Positions 49,448 to 59,824 are shown, counted from the first letter of the stretch. The stretch: DNA of 64,000 bases from Litorivivens sp. (GCA_041638115.1 JBFKXO010000001.1:1693-65692); one strand, 5' to 3'. The notes: generated by a model not told the origin, from the sequence alone. Numbers and translations are program-made.

Positions 49448-49717
49448 TTAATCGTGGGCGCTGACCGTCCAGCGCACGCTGTTGCCCTGATGTCTGCCAT
49501 CGATCCAAGTGGAAACATAGTCGCATTGCAGGTTCAGCGCACCCACCTGAATGGTTTGGCCGATGGCGTAGTTTTCACCCCAGGCGGTATCGCAGGTGTC
49601 GCGGCTGGCGGCGGCTACCAGCGGCACACTGCTGTGGTGGATGCCAGGCAGGAGTTGGGCAGCACCATCTGTGGGCAGATAGCTGAATGCCATGTAAGTA
49701 GCGAGGAGTGCATTCAC
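49448..49717 (-). CDS. Small hypothetical protein, DUF1496-like
   Basis: AGGTG RBS, C...GENYAIGQTIQVGALNLQC..RW pattern. Confidence 0.5.
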   Translation of the reverse strand: MNALLATYMAFSYLPTDGAAQLLPGIHHSSVPLVAAASRDTCDTAWGENYAIGQTIQVGALNLQCDYVSTWIDGRHQGNSVRWTVSAHD

Positions 49718-49849
49718 AACTTCACCTTTTTGTGTCGTAGCGGTCGATCAGCATACGTGAGCGGGGGGCGTTACCCTATACGGGTAAGACCGGATTGGCA
49801 ATTGCGGATTTATGACGATTTCAGACAATAGGCCTTCTAACACAAGGTG

Positions 49850-51145
49850 TTAGGCGCCTTGCTGAAAGACCGGCCACTGCTCGCTAATGTGATGCCCGTC
49901 ATACACGGCAATATCGCCAAACTGCAGAAAGACGTGCTCGCTTTGACTGGGACGCAGAAACACAAAGTCGTCGACACCGAGTTCGACATTCTCCGAGCCG
50001 TTCAACATTTCCTGATTGGTGGAGCGACCGTAGACGCTGTTGGTCAGCAGCCCCGGCGGTGAGGTGGGATTGGCCTTCCAGTAGCCACCGTAGGTAAAAA
50101 AGCTGCGCGAGCGGTTGGGGTTTAGCGCTGGCCACACCCCCGCCAGATTTTCCAGGCCGGGTACTTTCACACTGTCGGCGGTTTTCAGCACAGGTGTTGC
50201 GATAAACGCGGCCGGAATGTGGTCTTGCAGGGAGTAGACGTCAAAATCACTGGGCTTCACCAGTGCCGACCCCACCGCTAACTCATTGCAGGGCGCGCCC
50301 TTGCTGTAAAGCTGATAGGTAGAGCTGCCGCCGGCATTGAGGGTGAGCCGTTCCGGCTGGTAACCCTGTTTCAGCACGGTTTTCGCGGTTTCATTGCAGC
50401 GCGTGTAGAACGCCATGGCCTTGTGCATGGCTTTGTCAGGCCCGCCGACAATCCCCGGCATCTTCGAGATATGGGCTTCGTAGCCCATAAAGCCGGCAAA
50501 TTCGAGCTGGGGGTGTTCGCTGATGGTTTTCAGGGCCTGGGCCAGCTCGTTGATTGAGTCAAATCCGCCGCGGTGCAGGCCCACATCCAGCTCGAGATTG
50601 ATGCGCATGGTTTGGTTCAGCGCGGCGGCGAGCTGGGCGTATTCCTGCAACCGCTGTCGCGAATCGATCAGCCATTGCAGCTGCTGAGCGGGATTGAAGT
50701 CTGACTGGGTGTGGTAGGTGTAAAAGCGTCGGGCGGCGTGCACCGGCATCGGCTTGCCCAAGAGCAGATCGGTATCGGGCATTTGCGCCGCCAGCAAATT
50801 GAGAAAAGGTTGGTGAAAGACCATCACCCGATGACTGCCGGTCTGGGTGCGTACCTGGTTGATCAAGGGCACGCTGGGCAGGGATTTGCCGACGATGCGG
50901 TAGTCGAACTGGCCGTCGATATGGCCTGCCAGGGTGCGGGTATTGTCCTGGAAGCGCTGGGCGTCCAGAACCAGCGTCGGGCGGTAGAGCCCCGCCTCCT
51001 GCAGCGCAGTTTGCAGTTTCAGAAAATACTGATCGTGGGCGCCACCCAGATCACTCGGTCGCAGCGCGGCGGCACCCAGTGCAGCCGCGCCGAGACCGCC
51101 GGCCCAGAGCAGCTGGCGGCGGCTGGGTTGCCAGGGCTTAGCCAT
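49850..51145 (-). CDS. DSD1/alanine-racemase-fold PLP-dependent enzyme (SphD-like) with twin-arginine-like N-terminus
   Basis: SRRQLL, RIVGKSLPS (PLP Lys), ELDVGLHRGGF, GFMGYEAH, RPSQSE. Confidence 0.8.
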   Translation of the reverse strand: MAKPWQPSRRQLLWAGGLGAAALGAAALRPSDLGGAHDQYFLKLQTALQEAGLYRPTLVLDAQRFQDNTRTLAGHIDGQFDYRIVGKSLPSVPLINQVRTQTGSHRVMVFHQPFLNLLAAQMPDTDLLLGKPMPVHAARRFYTYHTQSDFNPAQQLQWLIDSRQRLQEYAQLAAALNQTMRINLELDVGLHRGGFDSINELAQALKTISEHPQLEFAGFMGYEAHISKMPGIVGGPDKAMHKAMAFYTRCNETAKTVLKQGYQPERLTLNAGGSSTYQLYSKGAPCNELAVGSALVKPSDFDVYSLQDHIPAAFIATPVLKTADSVKVPGLENLAGVWPALNPNRSRSFFTYGGYWKANPTSPPGLLTNSVYGRSTNQEMLNGSENVELGVDDFVFLRPSQSEHVFLQFGDIAVYDGHHISEQWPVFQQGA

Positions 51146-52496
51146 GGCCGAACACCTCGCGCAGATGCGGGTTGAGCATAATGCCCTGGGGGTCGAGTTC
51201 GCGGCGGATTTCATTAAAGTCCTGCCAGCGGGGGTAGCGGCTGGCCAGCGTCTTGTGGCTCAGCGAATGCAGTTTGCCCCAGTGCGGGCGACCTTCCAGT
51301 GGCTGATAGATTGGTTCAATGGTTTTGAAGTAGGCCTCGAAGGGTTCTTCAAAATAGCGGTGCACCGCCAGTGAGGCGCTGGCGCGTTGATAGAAGGGGC
51401 TGAGCCAGGCGTCGTCTTCTCGCACCACGCGCACTTCAATGGGGAAGAACACGTCGGGGTTTAGTTTTTCCACGGTATCGCGCACTTTTTTCAGGGCGTC
51501 GACAATGGTTTCGCGTGGCAGGTGGTATTCCATTTCATTGAAGCGCACCGCACGGTCGGAGGGGTAGATATTCCACCACCAGTCGACATGCTCTTCCGGC
51601 TCGATGGTATTGCTGACACCGGTGATCAGTTTCTTGCGCAGCCACGGCCACCAGGAGGCGTAGTCGCGCAGCATTTTCAGCTCGCGCACGGCGTCGTTAT
51701 CGCCGTCTTCACCACGCGGCGAAATCGGCTCGTCGCTGAGGTCGGTGGTGATGATCAGGGCATTGTCGCTGTGCGGGATGTAGTACATCTCAAAGTTGCG
51801 ATGCTTGTCCGCAAGGGTCTGAAATTCCTCGAAGGTTTGTTCCAGCGGTTGCATCCAGGTGCGGCGTTTGAGTTTGTAGGGCTCTACATTACGCAGGGTG
51901 TATTGGGTGATGACGCCCAAGCTACCCAGCGAAACCCGGGCGGCATCAAACACATCCGGGTTGCTATCGCGGGAGCACTCCAAAATATCGCCGCGCGGTG
52001 TGACCAGTCGCAGCGCTTCGACGTAGGCGTGCATGGCGCCAAATTGCGCACCGGTGCCGTGGGTACCAGTGGAAAAGGCGCCGGCTACACTCTGTTCATC
52101 GATATCGGGCATATTGGGCAGCGCCTGACCCAGCTTATGCAGCGGTTCGCCCAGACGGTTCAGCTTTACGCCGGCGCCGACCACGGCGCGATGGCCGTCG
52201 ATGGCCTCAACCTGATCGAAGTGTCGAGTGGACAGGATGGCGCCTTCGGTCGGCACTAATGGGCTAAACGAGTGGCCTGCACCCACGGGGCGCACGGTCT
52301 GTTTGGCCGCTTTCAACAGGCTCGCCAGTTCGTCTTCGGTTTTGGGGCTGACCCGCGCTGCGGGTGTCGCCTTTTGGTAGCCGGACCAGTTCTGCCAGGG
52401 GATTTTTCGAGCGGCGATGGCGGCCGGTGTCGCTGCCGTCAACGCCGCGCCAACCGGCAATAGCGCCAGCGAGCGGTTAAAGTCGCGTCGTTTCAT
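51138..52496 (-). CDS. Tat-exported FAD-linked oxidoreductase, arabinono-1,4-lactone oxidase family (SphC-like)
   Basis: MKRRDF Tat signal, WQNWSG, RPVGAGHSF, GTHGTG, FNEMEY, GRPHWGK. Confidence 0.85.
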   Translation of the reverse strand: MKRRDFNRSLALLPVGAALTAATPAAIAARKIPWQNWSGYQKATPAARVSPKTEDELASLLKAAKQTVRPVGAGHSFSPLVPTEGAILSTRHFDQVEAIDGHRAVVGAGVKLNRLGEPLHKLGQALPNMPDIDEQSVAGAFSTGTHGTGAQFGAMHAYVEALRLVTPRGDILECSRDSNPDVFDAARVSLGSLGVITQYTLRNVEPYKLKRRTWMQPLEQTFEEFQTLADKHRNFEMYYIPHSDNALIITTDLSDEPISPRGEDGDNDAVRELKMLRDYASWWPWLRKKLITGVSNTIEPEEHVDWWWNIYPSDRAVRFNEMEYHLPRETIVDALKKVRDTVEKLNPDVFFPIEVRVVREDDAWLSPFYQRASASLAVHRYFEEPFEAYFKTIEPIYQPLEGRPHWGKLHSLSHKTLASRYPRWQDFNEIRRELDPQGIMLNPHLREVFGHG

Positions 52497-52498
52497 GG

Positions 52499-52885
52499 CT
52501 ACTGTTCACCTGCCATAAACAGGATCAACGCCTCAAATTCTTCTTCGCCACAATCCATACACATGCCCAGTGGCGGCATGCCGTTGTAGCCATTGATGGT
52601 GTTGTCGAGCAGGGTGTCCATGCCTTTTTCCATGCGGGAATCCCAGTCGGCGGTGGCGGTACGCGGCGCGCCAGCGGCACCGGTGCCGTGGCAGGAAAAG
52701 CAACTTTGCACGTACAGCGATTTGAGGTCCGGGTCTTCCGGCACGACCTTTTTGCTGTCGCTGCTTGAGGCCGCACTGCTAGCGGTGGCGGGGGCGGAAG
52801 TGCCTGCCGGGCTGGAATCGCTGGAGCAGGCGGTGATGAATACAGTTGAGCCAAGCAGTAGTACAGAAAGCAGCCAGTGTTTCAT
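52499..52885 (-). CDS. Cytochrome c5 family lipoprotein (SphB-like)
   Basis: ITAC lipobox, CFSCH heme motif, GMPPLGMCMDC. Confidence 0.88.
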   Translation of the reverse strand: MKHWLLSVLLLGSTVFITACSSDSSPAGTSAPATASSAASSSDSKKVVPEDPDLKSLYVQSCFSCHGTGAAGAPRTATADWDSRMEKGMDTLLDNTINGYNGMPPLGMCMDCGEEEFEALILFMAGEQ

Positions 52886-53025
52886 GGGCGGTGTCCCTTT
52901 CGATCGGTGGATGCGTGGTAGTCGACTACACTCCCGGCAAAAACTCAAGTGTTGGCACTGTCCACTCCGCGCCTCAGCCGGTATATTCCGGTTAAAACGC
53001 AAATCAGGCTTTGGGGAAAAACCGA

Positions 53026-55353
53026 ATGAACTACCGCGATGCACTTTTCCGCTCATTGGTGCCGTTGTCGCTGTTAGCGGCCACTGTGGCTCAGGCACAA
53101 ACCCGGGTGCTGGAGGAGGTGGTGGTCACGGCCCAAAAGACCAAGCAGAGTATTCAGGACGTGCCAATTTCCGTCACGGCCGTTGACGGGGAATTTATGA
53201 AAGATGCGGGCATATCCGATCTGAAGGAACTCTCGGTCTATGTTCCCAATGTGCGCATCGACGCCAATGATCCGGGTTCACCGCAAATCTTTGTGCGCGG
53301 TTTTGGCACCAATACCTTTAATCCGAGTTTTGAAAGCTCGGTAGGTTTTGTGCAGGACGAAATGTTCTTCGGTCGGGCAGCGTATTTTACCGAGGCCATG
53401 TTTGATATCGACCGGGTCGAGGTGCTGCGCGGACCTCAGGGCACCCTGTTTGGCAAGAACACGGTGTCCGGTGTGTTTAACGTGTTCTCGCGACCGGTCA
53501 GCAATGACTTTTCTGCCGATGTGGAATTGCGCGCTGGCGAACACGGCGAACAACGCATCGAGGCGGGTGCTGGCGGGATGCTGAATGACTGGTTTGGCGC
53601 ACGGCTGTCGGCCATGACCTTGGAAAAAGATGGCGAGCTGGAAAACCGCTTTCTGGACCGGCCGGAGGAAAACCCGGATCAGGATGCCTGGCGTCTGAAG
53701 CTGAATGTACTGCCTACCGCCAACACCGATCTCGAGCTGATCGTGGTGGAGTCGGATACCACCATCAATTATTGGCCCAAGCAACTGGCCAATCTGGACG
53801 CCGATACCCGCGCCTATCTGGAGGATTTTGACCCGGAGATTGAAGGCGACCCCGAAGACTTCATGACCAGCTTTAACGTCGATGGCGTGCTGGAAAAAGG
53901 CTCGACCACCTACATCGGTAAGCTCAGCCACAGCTTCGGCGCGGTGGGTTCGCTTTACAACCTCGATACCGTGGTGGTGCTGGGGAATACCGATCTCTAC
54001 GTTGAGCAGAATCAGGACCTTGATGTCTCGCCGGCCGATATCGCGACCCTGTTAAACCGTGAAGACTTTAATCAGGACACGATTGAATGGCGTTTTACGG
54101 GTGACGGTGATGGCCTGTTCGGGTTGGGTACCTCCATGCAGTTTGTCGCCGGTTTGTTCTATTTCGAATCTGATTATGTGCTCGATGCCGGTGTGGTGCT
54201 CGGCAGCGACGTGGGCAGCTGGCTTGGCACGGAAGACGCGCGCCAGCTCGCCGGCGACGATGCGCCCTTGCTGCCTGCCCTGCAATTGGCGGCGGCAACC
54301 ACCACCAACGATCGCTTTGATTTTGACTACGTGCAGAACACCAAAGCCCTCGCCCTGTTCGGCCAAATCACCCTCAATTTTGGCGAGCGCTGGGTAGTAA
54401 CGCCGGGCCTGCGCATTAACCGGGAAACCAAAACCATCGACACCGCCGGCACCGAGCGCTGTGAAAGCACCACGCCGCTGCCGCCACCGGCCTGCGTAAA
54501 CGGTTTTCTGTTGGGCGCGAGTACCTACGGCCACCGGGATCTGGAACGCAAGGAAAGCGATGTCTCTCCCAAACTGTCGGTCATGTATTACCTCAACGAT
54601 GAGGTCAACCTGTTTGCGACCTACAGCAAAGGCTTTAAAAGCGGGGGCTATAACTCCATTTCCTTTACCGGCGAAGACCTGGAGTTTGAAGACGAAAATG
54701 CGGTGACCCTGGAAGTCGGTACCAAGGGGAGTTATTTCAATCGCACCCTGAACCTCAATGCTACCCTCTACCGCACCGAATACGACAACTTGCAGGTGCT
54801 GGCTTTTAACGGCGTGTTTTTTGATGTTAGCAATGCCGCGACGGCGGTTTCTCAGGGTCTGGAAGTAGACTGGCAATGGCTGACGCCCTGGGAGCCCCTG
54901 TCGCTTGTCGGCTCACTGGGTTTGCTCGATGCCTACTACGAGGAATACACGGGCGCCCCGGCACCAGTGACGCAAGGTGTAAACACCCGCCAGGATCTGA
55001 GCGACGAAACCATCGCCTTTGCGCCGGAGAGCAGTGTCATGCTCAGCCCGACACTAACGTTTAATCTGTGGGGCGATTTACTGAACCTGAGTATGGATGT
55101 GATTCATCAGGGCGACCAGTTTACCGATACCGATCTGGACCCCGCATCGAAAGTGCCGGCCAACACCAAGTTCAATCTGCGGGCCTCACTGCTCGATGGT
55201 GATGAACGCTGGAATGTCACGGTAGGCATCAAAAACCTGACCGACAAACTGACCCAGAATCAGGTAGTGGACTCGGTGTTTTTCCCCGGTACCTACTACG
55301 CCCAGCAGAATCCGGGGAGACAGGCTTATGCGGTACTGCGGCTGAACTGGTAG
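53026..55353 (+). CDS. TonB-dependent receptor 1
   Basis: LEEVVVTAQK, RVEVLRGPQGTLFGKNT, KGFKSGG, terminal W. Confidence 0.95.
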   Translation: MNYRDALFRSLVPLSLLAATVAQAQTRVLEEVVVTAQKTKQSIQDVPISVTAVDGEFMKDAGISDLKELSVYVPNVRIDANDPGSPQIFVRGFGTNTFNPSFESSVGFVQDEMFFGRAAYFTEAMFDIDRVEVLRGPQGTLFGKNTVSGVFNVFSRPVSNDFSADVELRAGEHGEQRIEAGAGGMLNDWFGARLSAMTLEKDGELENRFLDRPEENPDQDAWRLKLNVLPTANTDLELIVVESDTTINYWPKQLANLDADTRAYLEDFDPEIEGDPEDFMTSFNVDGVLEKGSTTYIGKLSHSFGAVGSLYNLDTVVVLGNTDLYVEQNQDLDVSPADIATLLNREDFNQDTIEWRFTGDGDGLFGLGTSMQFVAGLFYFESDYVLDAGVVLGSDVGSWLGTEDARQLAGDDAPLLPALQLAAATTTNDRFDFDYVQNTKALALFGQITLNFGERWVVTPGLRINRETKTIDTAGTERCESTTPLPPPACVNGFLLGASTYGHRDLERKESDVSPKLSVMYYLNDEVNLFATYSKGFKSGGYNSISFTGEDLEFEDENAVTLEVGTKGSYFNRTLNLNATLYRTEYDNLQVLAFNGVFFDVSNAATAVSQGLEVDWQWLTPWEPLSLVGSLGLLDAYYEEYTGAPAPVTQGVNTRQDLSDETIAFAPESSVMLSPTLTFNLWGDLLNLSMDVIHQGDQFTDTDLDPASKVPANTKFNLRASLLDGDERWNVTVGIKNLTDKLTQNQVVDSVFFPGTYYAQQNPGRQAYAVLRLNW

Positions 55354-55538
55354 GGGCGCGGCGTCGATGGGCAGGTGGGGAGCGAATCTTTTTTATCAGT
55401 GATTTAGAGGCTTCGCTCCTGCTTTTTTTTGGTTCAGTTATCTGGTCTGTGGCCGCGAACCTTCGTTCAACGGTGCTGCAAGGCGGTTGACACTCTGGTC
55501 GCAGCACGCGGCTAAACAATAAGACAGGAATATTTTCG

Positions 55539-57911
55539 ATGAAGCAGTTCATTCCGCTGGTAGCCATGCTTGCCACCACGTTTGCCGCCCACGCGCAGCG
55601 TGTTATTGAGGAAGTTGTGGTTACCGCCCAGAAAACCGAGCAAAGCCTGCAGGAAGTGCCGGTATCGGTATCCACCTTGTCCGGTGAGTTGATGCAGAGT
55701 GCAGCCATCACCGATGTTCAGGATCTGGTGCAGTACACGCCGAATGTGAAATTCAGCACCGCCAGTTCGGAACCGATAGCGTCTATTCGGGGATTTGGCA
55801 CTGGAGCGGGTGGACGCGGTTTCGAATCGCCCGTAGGTATTGTAATAGACGACGTATTCTATGGTCGGTCCAGTTACGTGAACGATGGGGTGTTCGATCT
55901 GGATCGGGTGGAAATTCTGCGCGGCCCGCAGGGCGCACTGTTTGGCAAAAACACCATCGCCGGGGTCATGAGTTTTACCACCGTGCAGCCTCATTGGGAG
56001 GCGCGCGGTCGGTTATCGGCGACCGGTAGTTCACTGGAGGGGCGCAAGCTCGAAGGCGGCATCAGTATGCCGCTGGTGGATGGCGTACTGACAAGCCGGT
56101 TGTCGTTTCGCACCAACGAGCAGGAGTTAGGGATCTACAACAGCACCACCGATCACGATATTGCGCAGGAAGATTATTCGGCGCGGCTGCAGTTGCTGTG
56201 GCAAGTCAGTGAGGCTGCCGAGCTGCACCTGAATATGTGGGGCAGCGAGCGCGATCTGAATGGTTTTACCCGACAATTGCTGAAGGCAAGTGAACAGTCG
56301 CTGTCGGAATTTCGCGAGATAGACCCTGAGACTGAAGCGGATGGTTTTGATGAAAATCTGTCGACCAATGAGCCGGGCTTTCGTGAGCGCAAGACGCGCT
56401 CGGTATCGTTAAAAGGAAAATGGCGGCCTGAGTTTGAGTCAATCTATAACGCTGAGCTGACCGCGATCGTGTCCCATGGCGACATTGATATGCCGTTTTT
56501 ATTTGATGCGGACTACTCGCCGATCGATTTCATTACCGCAGGCACCCGCGGGCCTGAAAATCAGCACCACAATGCAGTTGAACTTCGTTTCACCGGCAGT
56601 ACCGAGGCGCCGTTTGGCTGGGGTGAGGGCATAGAGTTTGTGTCAGGGATGTTTTACCAAGAGGCAACGCTTGAGATTAGTCAGGTGATCACAGCCAATG
56701 TGAGTAACTTTACCCGTTACCTTGAGGCTGGCGCGCTGGGTGCGCCTGACCTCCCGGTGGATTTGGTCACCAACCTGCTTGCCATTCAATCGCTGGCAGG
56801 GGATCAGATTGAAGCTGTGGATTCCTACACCTTGACGGATAGTACGACGGAAGCCGTGTTCGGTCAGTTGATCTGGTCCTTGAGTCCGGCGTGGGATATT
56901 ACCGCGGGTTTGCGCCTGGGTCGTGAACGCAAGGAGACTGAAGTCTACTCCCAGCATCAGGGTGATACCCAGATTGCCAAGCCGGTACTATCTCAGGAAG
57001 ATTTTATTGCCAACGAATCCCGTAAGGAGTACGAGGTTTCCCCCAAGCTGGCGTTATCTTGGCACGCTAGGGACGAGACCACGGTGTTTGCCACGGTCAG
57101 CAAGGGCTTTAAAAGTGGGGGATATCAGGCGGCACCGGTGAACAGTGATTCACTGGAGTTTGAGGATGAGCGCGCACTATCCAAGGAGGCCGGAATCAAG
57201 ATGCGGCTGCTGCAGGGCTCGTTGGTGATGAACGCGACCCTCTATCAAACCGACTTTGATAATCTCCAGGTGATTGATTTTGACGGTACCAATTTTATTA
57301 CCAAAAACGCCGCCAACGCCCAGTCCGAAGGCTTTGAGCTGGACTTTCTCTGGTTGCCGCCCTGGGAGCCACTGACGGTAGCCGGTAGCCTGGGCTTGAG
57401 CCGGGCGCGATACACGGATTACCCCTGTGCGCCCGCGGCGCAAGAGGGCGAAAACAAGCCGGCTTCTGCCCAGTGCGATCCCAATAATCGCGATAACGAC
57501 CCAACGAATGACAGCGATGGTTCGTCCTATCAGGATCTGAGTGGTCGCGAGCTTGCTTATGCACCGGAGGTCTCCTGGAGCTTGTCGCCCAGCCTGAAAT
57601 TTCCGCTGGGTGATGCGTTAGTGCTGGTTGCTGGCTTTGACTTACTGCATCAGGGTGACTACTACCTGGAGGCCGACCTCGACGAGAACTCCTTCCGAGA
57701 GGCGACGACCAAGGTTAATGTGAGACTGGGGTTGGCAGATATTGACGAGCGCTGGCACGTGATTTTCCACGCCAAAAATGTAAACGGCGTGCAGGAGATT
57801 GGCAGTATGGCCGATCAGCCTCTGTTAGCGGGTAACTACATCGGCTATTCGCTATATGATGAGCCGGTGTACAGTGTGGATGTTCGCTATCAGTTTGGCC
57901 CGGATCTGTAG
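55539..57911 (+). CDS. TonB-dependent receptor 2 (paralog of receptor 1)
   Basis: IEEVVVTAQK, RVEILRGPQGALFGKNT, shared PWEPL..GSLGL, DLS...AYAPE. Confidence 0.95.
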   Translation: MKQFIPLVAMLATTFAAHAQRVIEEVVVTAQKTEQSLQEVPVSVSTLSGELMQSAAITDVQDLVQYTPNVKFSTASSEPIASIRGFGTGAGGRGFESPVGIVIDDVFYGRSSYVNDGVFDLDRVEILRGPQGALFGKNTIAGVMSFTTVQPHWEARGRLSATGSSLEGRKLEGGISMPLVDGVLTSRLSFRTNEQELGIYNSTTDHDIAQEDYSARLQLLWQVSEAAELHLNMWGSERDLNGFTRQLLKASEQSLSEFREIDPETEADGFDENLSTNEPGFRERKTRSVSLKGKWRPEFESIYNAELTAIVSHGDIDMPFLFDADYSPIDFITAGTRGPENQHHNAVELRFTGSTEAPFGWGEGIEFVSGMFYQEATLEISQVITANVSNFTRYLEAGALGAPDLPVDLVTNLLAIQSLAGDQIEAVDSYTLTDSTTEAVFGQLIWSLSPAWDITAGLRLGRERKETEVYSQHQGDTQIAKPVLSQEDFIANESRKEYEVSPKLALSWHARDETTVFATVSKGFKSGGYQAAPVNSDSLEFEDERALSKEAGIKMRLLQGSLVMNATLYQTDFDNLQVIDFDGTNFITKNAANAQSEGFELDFLWLPPWEPLTVAGSLGLSRARYTDYPCAPAAQEGENKPASAQCDPNNRDNDPTNDSDGSSYQDLSGRELAYAPEVSWSLSPSLKFPLGDALVLVAGFDLLHQGDYYLEADLDENSFREATTKVNVRLGLADIDERWHVIFHAKNVNGVQEIGSMADQPLLAGNYIGYSLYDEPVYSVDVRYQFGPDL

Positions 57912-57923
57912 GCAGGAGGAGGC

Positions 57924-59171
57924 GTGATGAATTTTGAAGTTGCGGTATTGTTTGCTATTCCCGCTTTCATGCTGCTTATGCTGCTGGAGTTTGTCTGGAG
58001 TAAATGGAAAGGGCCGGATACCTGGGCGCATCAGGCAGATGCGGTGTCCAGCATCAGTTCCGGGCTGACATATCTGGTGCTGCGCACGCTGGGCTTTGGT
58101 GTGCTGGTGATCAGTTACGATTGGGTGGCATCGCATGTCGGGCTGACTGAAGCCGTGGTGGGCGGTGTCTGGGTGTATCTGTTGGTATTTGTCTGGAAGG
58201 ATTTCACCAGTTACTGGGTGCACCGCTGGGCGCACGCCAACAGCTTTCTTTGGGCAATGCATTTGATTCATCACAGCAGTGAGGAATTCAACCTGCCGGT
58301 GGCATTGCGCCAGAATGCCTTTAACTGGTTTTCCTATGGTGGCCTGATGTTGCTGCCACTGGCGTTGCTGGGGGTGCCGACAGAGGTGGTTGCTGTCGTT
58401 CTGCCCATCCAGTTCTTTATGCAGTTCTGGTACCACACCCAGCACGTTGGCAAGCTGGGCTGGTTGGAGTATGTGATTGTGACGCCTTCCCAGCACCGGG
58501 TGCATCACGCGATTAACCCGCGCTACATCGATAAGAATTTTGGCCAGATATTCTGTTGGGATCGCCTGTTCGGTACTTTTCAGGAGGAGCGCGCCGATGA
58601 CCCGCCCGCCTACGGTATTACCACGCCAGTGCGCCACTACAACCCGGTGATGATTGAGCTGAACTATATGGGCCGGTTGCTGCGCGACGCCTTTGCGACC
58701 CGTTCCTGGCGCGACAAGCTAGGGGTGTTTTTTTCCCGCACCGGTTGGCGTCCGGCTGACGTGGCAGAGCGTTGGCCCAGCGACAAAATCGACTACCGCG
58801 ACCCGTCCCAGAAATTCCGGCGGCCGCAGCCACTTTGGCTCGTTATCTGGTCCTGGTTCCATCTCGGTCTGTTATTGGGGGTGGCGGCGTTTACGCTGGC
58901 ATCGCTGGGCTCGCTGCCTGAGGGCTTGAAGGTCGCGCTGTTGTTCTCGGTATTACTGGGCATCGCCGTCAATGCTCAGCAATTAATGCTCGGCTCTGCG
59001 TTGCTGCTGGAGATGCTGCGTATTGCGCTGCTTGTTGCGCTGGCGCTCTACCCCGCGCCGATGGCGTGGCTCAGTTTGCTGGGGCTGCTGTCTTTGGTGT
59101 CGCTGGGTGTGACACTGCTCATCCCGGGCGGCGTATCGCGCGATGACGTACACCCCGCGATTGAGGCTTAA
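57924..59171 (+). CDS. Sterol desaturase / fatty-acid hydroxylase family membrane enzyme, alkylglycerol monooxygenase-like
   Basis: His boxes HRWAH, HLIHHSSEEFNL, QFWYHT, HRVHHA, DKNFG..WDRLFGTF, YGIT, GWRP. Confidence 0.85.
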   Translation: MMNFEVAVLFAIPAFMLLMLLEFVWSKWKGPDTWAHQADAVSSISSGLTYLVLRTLGFGVLVISYDWVASHVGLTEAVVGGVWVYLLVFVWKDFTSYWVHRWAHANSFLWAMHLIHHSSEEFNLPVALRQNAFNWFSYGGLMLLPLALLGVPTEVVAVVLPIQFFMQFWYHTQHVGKLGWLEYVIVTPSQHRVHHAINPRYIDKNFGQIFCWDRLFGTFQEERADDPPAYGITTPVRHYNPVMIELNYMGRLLRDAFATRSWRDKLGVFFSRTGWRPADVAERWPSDKIDYRDPSQKFRRPQPLWLVIWSWFHLGLLLGVAAFTLASLGSLPEGLKVALLFSVLLGIAVNAQQLMLGSALLLEMLRIALLVALALYPAPMAWLSLLGLLSLVSLGVTLLIPGGVSRDDVHPAIEA

Positions 59172-59824
59172 TCGCGCAGCGAAATGACCGGCCACCCGTT
59201 GCGCACGGCTTCCTTGAGCAGGGTGCTGTCCGGGTCTACCGCTACCGGGTATTCGACCAATCGCAGCAGGGGCAGGTCGTTATGGGAGTCGGAATAAAAG
59301 GTGCTGCCCGACAATTTCAGTCCCTGCTCTCTGATGCGTTCTTTCAGCAGAATGACCTTGCCCTCTTGAAAGCAGGGCGTCCCCGCCACCTCGCCGGTAT
59401 AGCGACCGTCGATGATCTCCGGCTCCGAGCCAATGATATCGGGTATGCCTAAGCTTTCGGCAATGGGGCGGGTGATAAAGGTGTTGGTGGCGGTCATGAT
59501 CATGCAGTGATCGCCGGCGGCCTTATGCTTTTCAATTAACTCGGTGGCTTTGGGTAGACGCATGGGCTCGATAAAGCGCGCCATAAAATCCCGATGCAGT
59601 TCGTCCAGCTCCTCGCGCGAAAATCGGGTTAAGGGCTCCAGGGCAAAGCGCAGGTAGGCGTGAATATCGAGGCCGCCGCTTTTGTATTGCTCGTAGAAAT
59701 GGTCATTGGCCTGGCGAAAGGCCGCGCCATCCACCAGTTGCCGGTCTACCAGGAATTCGCCCCAGGCGTGGTCGCTGTCGCCGCCCAGGAGAGTATTGTC
59801 GAGATCGAATATTGCCAGTGCCAC
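59168..59824 (-). CDS. HAD-IB family hydrolase (histidinol-phosphatase/SerB-like)
   Basis: LAIFDLDNTLL.GDSD..W, TATN, FYSDSHNDLPLL. GTG start at 59824. Confidence 0.9.
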   Translation of the reverse strand: MALAIFDLDNTLLGGDSDHAWGEFLVDRQLVDGAAFRQANDHFYEQYKSGGLDIHAYLRFALEPLTRFSREELDELHRDFMARFIEPMRLPKATELIEKHKAAGDHCMIMTATNTFITRPIAESLGIPDIIGSEPEIIDGRYTGEVAGTPCFQEGKVILLKERIREQGLKLSGSTFYSDSHNDLPLLRLVEYPVAVDPDSTLLKEAVRNGWPVISLRD

